Source: an uncultured Synergistales bacterium (lineage in GTDB: Bacteria > Synergistota > Synergistia > Synergistales > Aminobacteriaceae). From it: a DNA stretch of 64,000 nucleotides. The notes beneath the pieces were generated by a model. It ran no database searches, was not told the origin of the DNA, and saw nothing but the letters and a program-made list of their open reading frames with translations. Positions 46,375 to 54,415 of this stretch are shown in pieces (position 1 is the stretch's first letter; every line of letters starts with the position of its first letter). A program made the translations under genes and the position numbers. The stretch spans positions 567 to 64,566 of the forward strand of contig CAJOLN010000001.1 in the NCBI GenBank assembly GCA_905235395.1. Direction: 5' to 3'.

Positions 46375-47166
46375 ATGAAATTTCTTGTAATTGAAAAAGA
46401 CAAAACCAGTCTTAAAAATTTAATCAGCACTGTCAAGGAAGCAGAACCAGAGGCAAAAGTTGTAGAGGCGCGTGATTTTGAAGAGGCATTGAAATTCAAA
46501 GATGAAGAATTTGATGTAGCTCTTATAGACGCGGATCAGAATTCAGCGGCAAATTTTGTTGAGGGACTCAAAGCTAAATTCAGAGACACGCATGTGATCT
46601 TTATGTCGAACTCTAAAGAACACATGGCTGATGCGTTTCACGTTCATGCAGATTCATATTTGCTCAAGCCAGTCCAACCTGAAGACATCAGCAGAGAAGT
46701 GGAATATCTGACGAATCATTATCCTGCACCTTTGAGACGCGTAAAAGTTGCAGTGAAGACATTCGGAGGATTCAATGTGTATGTCCGGGGCAGAAGGTTA
46801 TTATTCAAGAGGAGCAAGTCAAAGGAGCTTCTTGCGATACTGGTTGATCATCGCGGACTTGGACTTACAACAAGGCAAGTGTGTTCATTGTTATTTGAGG
46901 GCAGAGAATATAATGAGCTTCTGCTAGGCTATTATCATGTCGTACTGACATCATTGAAGTCTACGCTGAGTGAAGCTGGAGTGAGAGGAATAATTCAGAA
47001 ATCAATGAATTACATCGCAATCAACCCGGACATTATAGACTGCGATATGTACAAATACCTCAAAGGAGATCCTGAAGCACTGAAAAGCTATCACGGGGAT
47101 TATATGGCGGGCTACAAATGGTCGGAACGTTCACGCAGAAACGAGAAAAAGAGGAGTAAACGTTAA
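46375..47166 (+). CDS. Orphan response regulator: REC domain plus a SARP/BTAD-like winged-helix DNA-binding domain
   Basis: REC landmarks are FDVALIDAD (phospho-Asp), IFMS and YLLKP. These are followed by VKTFGGFNVYVRGRRLLFKRSKSKELLAILVDHRG. No histidine kinase lies nearby. Confidence 0.7.
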   Translation: MKFLVIEKDKTSLKNLISTVKEAEPEAKVVEARDFEEALKFKDEEFDVALIDADQNSAANFVEGLKAKFRDTHVIFMSNSKEHMADAFHVHADSYLLKPVQPEDISREVEYLTNHYPAPLRRVKVAVKTFGGFNVYVRGRRLLFKRSKSKELLAILVDHRGLGLTTRQVCSLLFEGREYNELLLGYYHVVLTSLKSTLSEAGVRGIIQKSMNYIAINPDIIDCDMYKYLKGDPEALKSYHGDYMAGYKWSERSRRNEKKRSKR

Positions 47167-47363
47167 TGCCATCGAATTTGGAGATGAGAATCCAATCACC
47201 AGAGCAATTGGATAACTATATACGGGTAACATCTTCTGGTGTATGGGTTATATTGTCAGCAATCATAATAGTGCTTGCAGGTTTTGTATTCTGGATATTC
47301 ACCGGAGAGATTGAAACACAGAATAAAGAAATCATACGGCCTATTTCGTTTTTTCTGAAGTGA
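47166..47363 (+). CDS. 65-aa membrane protein resembling only the N-terminal anchor of an NHLM-type HlyD secretion protein
   Basis: SPEQLDNYIRVTSSGVWVILSAIIIVLAGFVFWIFTGEIET matches the SPEQLD...TM...G-I-T start of bacteriocin-system HlyD adaptors. The ORF then stops 9 nt before the ABC gene. Its start overlaps the regulator's stop (TAATG). Confidence 0.5.
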   Translation: MPSNLEMRIQSPEQLDNYIRVTSSGVWVILSAIIIVLAGFVFWIFTGEIETQNKEIIRPISFFLK

Positions 47364-47372
47364 AGCAAAAAA

Positions 47373-49562
47373 ATGTTTACGCGCAGCAAAATAAAGCAAA
47401 CAGTTAAAGAAGGTGTTGTGAAAGTTCCTGTCGTGATACAACTGGAGGCACTCGAATGTGGAGCGGCAGCGTTGTGTATGATACTTGCGTATTTCGGAAA
47501 ATGGGTTCCTCTTGAGCAGTTAAGAAAAGAATGCGGAGTATCAAGAGACGGTTCAAATCTTTGGAATATATATCAGGTTAGCAGGAAGTATAAGCTGAGT
47601 ACGAGAGCGTTTCAGTGTTCAGCGAATCAATTGAGGGAAAAGGCAACATTTCCGTGTATAGTGTTCTGGAACTTCAATCACTTCATTGTTGTAGACGGTT
47701 TCAAAGGGAAGAATGTATATATCAATAACCCAAGCGGCGGAGAGATGACCATAACCTTTGAAGAGTTCAGCAGGTCGTATTCAGGGATATGCATGATGTT
47801 TGAACCCGAAGATGATTTTGAGACAGGAGGACAGCCTGAATCGATTCTGAAGTTTGCAGGAGAAAGACTGAAGGGTACAATGCCCGCGATAGTGCTTGTA
47901 ACGCTCACGGCATTGATTGCGTCAATAATAGGAATGATTACGCCAGCGTTTTCGAGATTCTTTGTTGATAATATTCTCACTGGAAAATATTCTGACTGGT
48001 CATTGCAATTTTTCCTTTTGCTTGGAGCATTAGCGTTATTTCAGATAATTTCGCTGTGCATAAAGTCTTTGTATCTGTTAAAGCTGCAAGGGAAGACGGC
48101 AATAATAGCAAGCACAAAATTTCTGTGGCATATGCTGAGGCTGCCTGTTGAATTTTTTGAGCAGAGAATGGCAGGAGACATAATACAACGTTATGCATCG
48201 AATCAAAAAATTGCAGACACTCTAATAAACACGTTAACGCCGTTAGTTCTTGATATTTTGAGTATGATTCTAAATCTTTGCATAATGATGAATTACAGTC
48301 CTCTTCTCGCGTGCATGGGAATAATCTCTGTGATACTGAGCATAATTGCGGCAGATTACATATCGAAGAAGCGAGTGAACATAACACGAGTTCAGATGAC
48401 AGAAATGGCCAATCTCGCAGGGACGACAATGCAGGGAATAAATATGATAGAGACGATAAAGTCAGCGGGAGCAGAACACGGATTTTTCATGAGATGGTCA
48501 GGATTTCAGGCGAATGCGAACATGCAGACGGTGAAATTTGCGAAGCTCAACAGCATTCTAGGACAAATTCCGCTGCTTCTCTCAATGCTTGCGTCATACA
48601 TCATATTGTTCTTGGGAGTGAGGCTTGTGATTCATGGAGAATGGACTATCGGACTTATCTCCGCATTCACTGGTTACCTTACAGCGTTTCAGACTCCGGC
48701 ACAGAATCTCGTACTTGCAAGTCAGCAGATTCAGGAGATGCGCACAAACATGGAACGAGTGCAGGATGTCTTCAAGTATCCTGTTGATGTGAATGTTGAA
48801 GACAGGACGCAGTCTCAAGATTTTGAAGAGGACATGAATAAATTATCAGGGCTTGTTGAAATGAAAAATGTAAAATTCGGATATAACAAGCTGGATGACC
48901 CTCTTATTGAGAATTTTTCACTGAGAGTTGAAGCAGGCAAAAGCGTTGCACTTGTTGGAGCGTCAGGGTGCGGAAAGTCAACAGTAGCGAAATTACTCAC
49001 TGGTTTATATCCTGCGTGGGAAGGCGAGATACTCTTTGACGGTAAGCCGATAAGCCAGATAAATCGAAGTATATTCACTGGATCAGTAGCATGTGTTGAC
49101 CAGAACATAACGCTCTTTGAAGACACGATAGCAAATAATATAAGGCTATGGGATAAATCAATTAAAAACTTCGAGGTCATTTTAGCGGCTCGTGATGCAC
49201 TGATTCATGATGAGATAATTCAGAGGGAAGGAGATTATTCATCAGAAGTCAAAGAAGAAGGAAGGAATTTTTCAGGAGGGCAGCGTCAGCGTATAGAGAT
49301 TGCGAGAGTGCTTGCGCAAGACCCAACGATAATAATTCTTGACGAGGCAACAAGCGCATTGGACTCGAAGACGGAATACGAGCTTATGAAGTTAATTGGG
49401 AACAGAGGAATAACCCGAATTATAATATCTCACAGACTTTCAATCATAAGGGACTGCGAAGAAATTATAGTGATGAAAGACGGAAAGATTTTAGACAGAG
49501 GGAACCACGGCGAATTAGTGCGGAAATGCGAATATTATTCTGAACTGATAACGAATGAATGA
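47373..49562 (+). CDS. Bacteriocin/peptide ABC exporter with an N-terminal C39 peptidase domain
   Basis: C39 motifs QLEALECGAAAL (Cys) and NHFIVVDG (His), six TM helices, Walker A GASGCGKST, signature FSGGQRQR and Walker B IIILDEATSALD. Confidence 0.85.
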   Translation: MFTRSKIKQTVKEGVVKVPVVIQLEALECGAAALCMILAYFGKWVPLEQLRKECGVSRDGSNLWNIYQVSRKYKLSTRAFQCSANQLREKATFPCIVFWNFNHFIVVDGFKGKNVYINNPSGGEMTITFEEFSRSYSGICMMFEPEDDFETGGQPESILKFAGERLKGTMPAIVLVTLTALIASIIGMITPAFSRFFVDNILTGKYSDWSLQFFLLLGALALFQIISLCIKSLYLLKLQGKTAIIASTKFLWHMLRLPVEFFEQRMAGDIIQRYASNQKIADTLINTLTPLVLDILSMILNLCIMMNYSPLLACMGIISVILSIIAADYISKKRVNITRVQMTEMANLAGTTMQGINMIETIKSAGAEHGFFMRWSGFQANANMQTVKFAKLNSILGQIPLLLSMLASYIILFLGVRLVIHGEWTIGLISAFTGYLTAFQTPAQNLVLASQQIQEMRTNMERVQDVFKYPVDVNVEDRTQSQDFEEDMNKLSGLVEMKNVKFGYNKLDDPLIENFSLRVEAGKSVALVGASGCGKSTVAKLLTGLYPAWEGEILFDGKPISQINRSIFTGSVACVDQNITLFEDTIANNIRLWDKSIKNFEVILAARDALIHDEIIQREGDYSSEVKEEGRNFSGGQRQRIEIARVLAQDPTIIILDEATSALDSKTEYELMKLIGNRGITRIIISHRLSIIRDCEEIIVMKDGKILDRGNHGELVRKCEYYSELITNE

Positions 49563-49577
49563 GGAGCACGAATAAAA

Positions 49578-51704
49578 ATGTCAGGCTGGTTTGAAGAACA
49601 GTTACACGAAAGAATACGTGCAGATGAAGAAACGTTCTCGAATGCGTTTTTAGAAATATCTGAAGTTTTGACGGGGAAGTCATTAACGGAAAGTACTAAG
49701 AATGCTCTTCAGGAGATTGCAAAGTTCTATAACGTTGAAGTTGCGCCAGATGATGTTCTGAAGTCAGGATTGCTTATGCATAGGACAGTCAGGCTCAGTG
49801 AAGGCTGGTACAAAGATGCATCGGGAGTTTATCTTGCGACGACGAAAAACGGAACATATGCGGCACTGATTCCGAAACGCAATGTATATTACTATCAGGA
49901 TTATGAATCAGGAAAGACGATACGAATAGACGCATTGACGCAGAAGAATCTGAATCCTGAAGCAGAATGTTTTTACAGGCCGTTTCCTGCAAGAAAGTTA
50001 TCGGTCAGGGATTTATTCATCCATGCATTGAAAAGTTTATCACCCTATGACCTCGTATATATTGCATCAATCACAATGGCTATGACTCTTGCCGCGATGA
50101 TACCGCCGTTCATGACACGTATAATATTTTCTCATGTGATATTTTCTAAAAACGTACAGCCGCTTTTAGCCATTATAGTGTTCATGATAAGTGCAGGGCT
50201 TGCAAGTATACTTTTTCAGGCTGTGAGGGATTTAGCACTATCGAGGATACAGGAAAAGACAAATGTGTCATTAATGGCAGCAGTAATGATGAGGCTGATA
50301 AACCTTCCGGTTGAGTTTTTCGGGAAATATTCATCGAGTGAACTTGCAAATGCGGCCTCAGCAATGAATATGCTGTGTAATTTTTCGATGAATGTTGTAT
50401 TTTCTGTGGGGCTTACTGCGTTTCTTAGCCTGATGTATGTGGTTGAGATATTTAGATTCTCGAATGCTATGGTTATTCCTGTACTCTGTATCATGATGAG
50501 CATGTTTGTATTCTCAATGACTGCCGCAAAAATTCAGGCAGGGATACTCAAGAGGGTATTGAAGATACAAGGCAAGGAGAGTGGAATACTATTTGCATTC
50601 ATAAACGGGATTCAGAAAATCAAATTAGCTGGAGCAGAACGAAGAGCCTTTGCGAAATGGGCATCATGTTACAAGGAAGATGCAAATCTGGCATATAACC
50701 CGCCGCTGTTTGTGAAGTTAATTCCAGTTTTTCAGCCTGCAATAACTTCAATTGGAATGCTTGTGATTTATATGAGTGCATATAATTCAGGAATAAGCAT
50801 TGATAATTACATGGCCTTCATAGCAGCTTACGGAATGATATCGGCTGCATTCAATGCGCTGTGTATGTCAGTTATGTCAATCGCCTCAATAACTCCGATT
50901 ATAGATTTGATTCGTCCAATACTGGAGGCAACCCCAGAGCATTTATCATGGGATATGTCTTTGAAGCTGAGAGGAGGTGTAGAAGTCAGCAATCTATCAT
51001 TCAGATACACATCAAAATCTCCGTTAGTGCTCGATCATATTTCGTTCAAGATAAGGCCCGGCGAATACATAGGAATAGTAGGCAAAAGCGGCTGCGGAAA
51101 GAGTACGCTGATGCGTTTGCTACTTGGATTTGAGAGAACATACAGCGGAGTTATATATTATGACGGTAATGACATAAGGCATCTGAATCTCAAAGCATTA
51201 CGGAGCAATATCGGATCAGTAATGCAGGAGAGCAAATTGTTTCCCGGAAGCATATACTCGAACATCACGATAACTGCACCGGAACTCACGGAACAAGAAG
51301 CATGGAGGGCAGCCGAGACAGCAGGAATAGCAGAAGATATTCGGAAGATGCCCATGATGATGAATACGATGATAAGTGAAGGGACAAGTACGCTCTCAGG
51401 AGGACAGGTTCAAAGGATAGTGATAGCACGGGCAGTAGCACCGAAGCCGAGAATATTATTGTTCGATGAAGCGACAAGTGCACTTGATAATATCACTCAG
51501 AAGTTAGTTGCAGATTCACTTGATCATCTGAAGTGCACAAGGATAGTAATAGCACATAGACTTTCAACGGTGAGGAACTGCGGAAGAATTTTGGTGATTG
51601 ACGGAGGGCACATAGTAGAAGAAGGAAGCTATGATGAACTCATGAAGCAAAACGGACTTTTTGTATCACTTGTTGAACGTCAGAGATTAGGACAGGAGTT
51701 TTAA
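49578..51704 (+). CDS. Second ABC exporter subunit with a non-peptidase N-terminal domain (NHLM ABC2-like)
   Basis: A 150-aa N-terminal domain without the Cys/His motifs, a TM domain, Walker A GKSGCGKST, signature LSGGQVQR and Walker B LLFDEATSALD. Confidence 0.8.
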   Translation: MSGWFEEQLHERIRADEETFSNAFLEISEVLTGKSLTESTKNALQEIAKFYNVEVAPDDVLKSGLLMHRTVRLSEGWYKDASGVYLATTKNGTYAALIPKRNVYYYQDYESGKTIRIDALTQKNLNPEAECFYRPFPARKLSVRDLFIHALKSLSPYDLVYIASITMAMTLAAMIPPFMTRIIFSHVIFSKNVQPLLAIIVFMISAGLASILFQAVRDLALSRIQEKTNVSLMAAVMMRLINLPVEFFGKYSSSELANAASAMNMLCNFSMNVVFSVGLTAFLSLMYVVEIFRFSNAMVIPVLCIMMSMFVFSMTAAKIQAGILKRVLKIQGKESGILFAFINGIQKIKLAGAERRAFAKWASCYKEDANLAYNPPLFVKLIPVFQPAITSIGMLVIYMSAYNSGISIDNYMAFIAAYGMISAAFNALCMSVMSIASITPIIDLIRPILEATPEHLSWDMSLKLRGGVEVSNLSFRYTSKSPLVLDHISFKIRPGEYIGIVGKSGCGKSTLMRLLLGFERTYSGVIYYDGNDIRHLNLKALRSNIGSVMQESKLFPGSIYSNITITAPELTEQEAWRAAETAGIAEDIRKMPMMMNTMISEGTSTLSGGQVQRIVIARAVAPKPRILLFDEATSALDNITQKLVADSLDHLKCTRIVIAHRLSTVRNCGRILVIDGGHIVEEGSYDELMKQNGLFVSLVERQRLGQEF

Positions 51705-51793
51705 ACTCGAAGAAATTTTTGCATTTCTAATGCAGATGTAAATGATAAGTGCTTTTGCAATATAATGCACATTCAAAGGAGGTAGATTTTGAT

Positions 51794-52357
51794 TTGAGTA
51801 TCAAAAAGTTTGTAGCAGAATTAACCCTCGTATGCATCATTTCACCGTTAATTGAAGTCAGAACATCAAGTGCAGCGAGACTCATGACTGATGAAGCATC
51901 CAGAATTGAACGTTTGAGTACAGTGCGTGAAAGAGAACGCCGTGAACAAGCTCGCTGGGAAGCCGAACGCAGACAGCGAGAGCGTAATGAACGTGAACGC
52001 AGGGAACGCGACCGCAGAGAACGCGAACGTCGTGAAGAAGAACGCCGCGCAGAAGAGCGTCGTGCTGCAGAGCGCCGAGCTGCAGAGCGTCGAGCAGAAG
52101 AACGCCGAGCAGCAGAACGTCGTGAAGCAGAGCGCCGCGAAAGAGAAAGACGCGATTGGGAAAGGGAACAGAGTTACAGAAGAGAACGTGAGCGCAGAGA
52201 ATGGGAACGTTACGAACGCGAACGCAGAGATTATGAGAGACGCGAGAAACAGCGCGAAGAAGATGAACTTGTTGCTGACATAATCGGAGAGCTTATCAAG
52301 GAAGGTCTCAAAGAAGAAGCCAGACAAGAAAGAGAAAGAGAAAGAAGACGCTATTAA
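51794..52357 (+). CDS. Anchored or secreted Arg/Glu-rich polyampholyte protein (unknown function)
   Basis: A TTG at 51794 lies 11 nt after AAGGAGG (the ORF track starts at GTG 51749). The N-terminus SIKKFVAELTLVCIISPLIEVRTSSAA is hydrophobic. About 110 residues follow that are almost entirely R/E/A, with ERRA[AE] pentapeptides. Confidence 0.55.
   Translation: MSIKKFVAELTLVCIISPLIEVRTSSAARLMTDEASRIERLSTVRERERREQARWEAERRQRERNERERRERDRRERERREEERRAEERRAAERRAAERRAEERRAAERREAERRERERRDWEREQSYRRERERREWERYERERRDYERREKQREEDELVADIIGELIKEGLKEEARQERERERRRY
51926..52264 (+). repeat. Purine-rich low-complexity coding tract (ER repeats, 15-nt periodic core at about 52037-52138)
   Basis: The units gagcgccgagctgca / gagcgtcgagcagaa / gaacgccgagcagca / gaacgtcgtgaagca encode ERRAA/ERRAE/ERRAA/ERREA with varied synonymous codons. 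At least three of the six frames are open here (two plus-strand frames and one minus-strand frame). Confidence 0.8.
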
Positions 52358-52386
52358 TTCACATTAACATAGGAGGAATAATCATC

Positions 52387-53148
52387 ATGATGAAAAAAAT
52401 TTTGGCATTGATGCTCGTCATCGCTTCAGCTTCAATGTGCTGGGCAGGCGTTGAGAAACTTGAAGATCTTAGGACAGCGAAGATAGGTTTGCTGTCAGGA
52501 TCATCGACTGAGGTAACAATTCACGAATTCCTTGACGGGAAAACAGAGAACGTTTCAGAATATGAAACATTTGCGAGCCTGATCAATGCACTCAAAGAGG
52601 GAAAGATCGATGCGGCAGTTATGGATTTATCTCCGGCAACATATTTTGCGAAGGAAGACAAAGCAATTAAAATTCTCGATCAGTTTTTGAAGAATGAGGA
52701 CTACGGAATAGCATTCAAGAAGGGTAACCCATTGAAGGCAGAAGTTGAAAAGGCACTTTCTGAAATCAAAGCAGATGGCACACTTTCATCAATCATAGCG
52801 AAATACAGAACAGATTATGTTGACCCAGAGGCAATAGATTACAACCTGGAAGCAAAGAACGGTTATTTGTGGATGGGCTGTGATGCGGCATTTCCTCCGT
52901 ATGATATAAAGACAGCTTACGGTTTTGTAGGCGTTGATATTGAGATATGTGCTGCAATTGCAAAAAAGTTAGACAGGACATTAATTGTTGCTGATTATAC
53001 GTTTAAGACACTTCCAATGGCACTCAATGACGGACGTATTGATATGATATGTTCAGCATTCAGGATAACTGATGAGCGTAAAACTACGATGGACTTCACA
53101 GAAGCATATGCGTCAGATTTTGAAGCAGTAGTTGTGCTCAGTAAGTAG
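52387..53148 (+). CDS. Family-3 solute-binding protein with circularly permuted domain order
   Basis: Has a signal peptide. LEDLRTAKIGLLSGSS...LKEGKIDAAVMD...EDYGIAFKKGNPL...IKADGTLSSIIAKY (normally the C-terminal half) comes first. GCDAAFPPYDIK...FVGVDIEICAAIAKKL...LNDGRIDMICSAFRITDERKTTMDFTEAY (normally the N-terminal half) comes second. Confidence 0.7.
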   Translation: MMKKILALMLVIASASMCWAGVEKLEDLRTAKIGLLSGSSTEVTIHEFLDGKTENVSEYETFASLINALKEGKIDAAVMDLSPATYFAKEDKAIKILDQFLKNEDYGIAFKKGNPLKAEVEKALSEIKADGTLSSIIAKYRTDYVDPEAIDYNLEAKNGYLWMGCDAAFPPYDIKTAYGFVGVDIEICAAIAKKLDRTLIVADYTFKTLPMALNDGRIDMICSAFRITDERKTTMDFTEAYASDFEAVVVLSK

Positions 53149-53155
53149 AAAGACA

Positions 53156-54415
53156 ATGAGAAAGTTTATCATGACAAAAAAAAGCTCGCGGTTAATTTTA
53201 ACTGCGGGCATTCTTTTACTGATATGCACACAGCTTAACGCGGAGATATTGCCAGGCAATACTGATTTTGATTCATATCTTCCATTGATTGAAGGCAAAA
53301 GGACAGCGATATTCACGAACATCTCAGGGATATTAACACCCTACTCTGAAAAGATAGATGATGAATCACTTCCTGAACAGCCCGAAGGAGAACACATACT
53401 TGATGCTCTTCTTGAACGCGGAGTGAATGTGTCATGCGTATTAACTCCCGAACATGGCTTCAGAGGAGACCATGACGCAGGAACAGTAGTATCAGACGGA
53501 AAAGACAGCCGTACAGGAGTGAAGACTATCTCGCTTTACGGAGTGGACGCAGATTATGCATTAGGCAAGGCAGTGAAAGAATTCGATGTTGTGCTTGTAG
53601 ATATTCAGGATATAGGTCTGAGATTCTACACGTACTACGTAACAATGATGCGCCTGATGAATGTCTGTGCAGAAAATGGCAAGCCCGTAATCATATTAGA
53701 CCGTCCGAACCCTAACGGATATTATGTAGACGGCCCATTGCTTGATAACAGGTACAGGTCAAACGTAGGAGCATTGAGAATACCAGTAGTGCATGGCCTG
53801 ACACTTGGAGAGATGGCGAGAATGATGAACGGTGAAGGCTGGCTGAGAGGCAAGCGGAAATGTGATCTTCACGTGATACCCTGTAAAAATTATTCGCACT
53901 CAATGAAATTCAAACTGAATTGCAGACCATCGCCGAACATAAAATCAATGCGTGCAGTGTACCTTTATGCCTCACTATGTTACTTTGAAAACACTCTTGT
54001 GTCTGTGGCACGCGGAACTGAATATCCGTTTGAGATGTATGGATCACCATTACTAAAAGGTGAACGCGGCTATGAATTCAAATTTGTTCCTAAGAGCATG
54101 ACAGGAGCAAAAGATCCTCAGTACATGAATCAGGAATGTTACGGTCACGATTTGAGGCAGTTAACGCTTGAGGAAATGCAGACCAACAGAATAAACATAA
54201 GTTATTTAATCCGTGCATATAAAGCAATAGGACAGAGAAACTTCTTTGGCCGTTCAACTCGCGGACGCTACTGGATAGATTTGCTTTTCGGAACTGACAG
54301 AGTGAGGAAAATGATTCAGGCTGGAAAGACTGAAGATGAAATCAAAAAGTCATGGGAGAAAGATATAAACGAGTTCAAGGAAACACGCAGGAAGTATCTT
54401 ATCTATGACGACTAA
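53156..54415 (+). CDS. DUF1343 family protein (exo-beta-N-acetylmuramidase NamZ-like)
   Basis: A signal peptide, then PEHGFRGD, ISLYG, VDIQDIGLRFYTY and ILDRPNP motifs. Confidence 0.75.
   Translation: MRKFIMTKKSSRLILTAGILLLICTQLNAEILPGNTDFDSYLPLIEGKRTAIFTNISGILTPYSEKIDDESLPEQPEGEHILDALLERGVNVSCVLTPEHGFRGDHDAGTVVSDGKDSRTGVKTISLYGVDADYALGKAVKEFDVVLVDIQDIGLRFYTYYVTMMRLMNVCAENGKPVIILDRPNPNGYYVDGPLLDNRYRSNVGALRIPVVHGLTLGEMARMMNGEGWLRGKRKCDLHVIPCKNYSHSMKFKLNCRPSPNIKSMRAVYLYASLCYFENTLVSVARGTEYPFEMYGSPLLKGERGYEFKFVPKSMTGAKDPQYMNQECYGHDLRQLTLEEMQTNRINISYLIRAYKAIGQRNFFGRSTRGRYWIDLLFGTDRVRKMIQAGKTEDEIKKSWEKDINEFKETRRKYLIYDD

Noticed and set aside
51866-52327. 153-aa minus-strand ORF and 118-aa alternative plus-frame ORF (51927-52283) overlapping the ER-rich gene
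   Set aside because: The purine-rich GAR/CGN repeat leaves several frames free of stop codons here. These ORFs have no start context, and their sequences (F/A/S-rich or N/A/V-rich) mirror the repeat. They are treated as artefacts.
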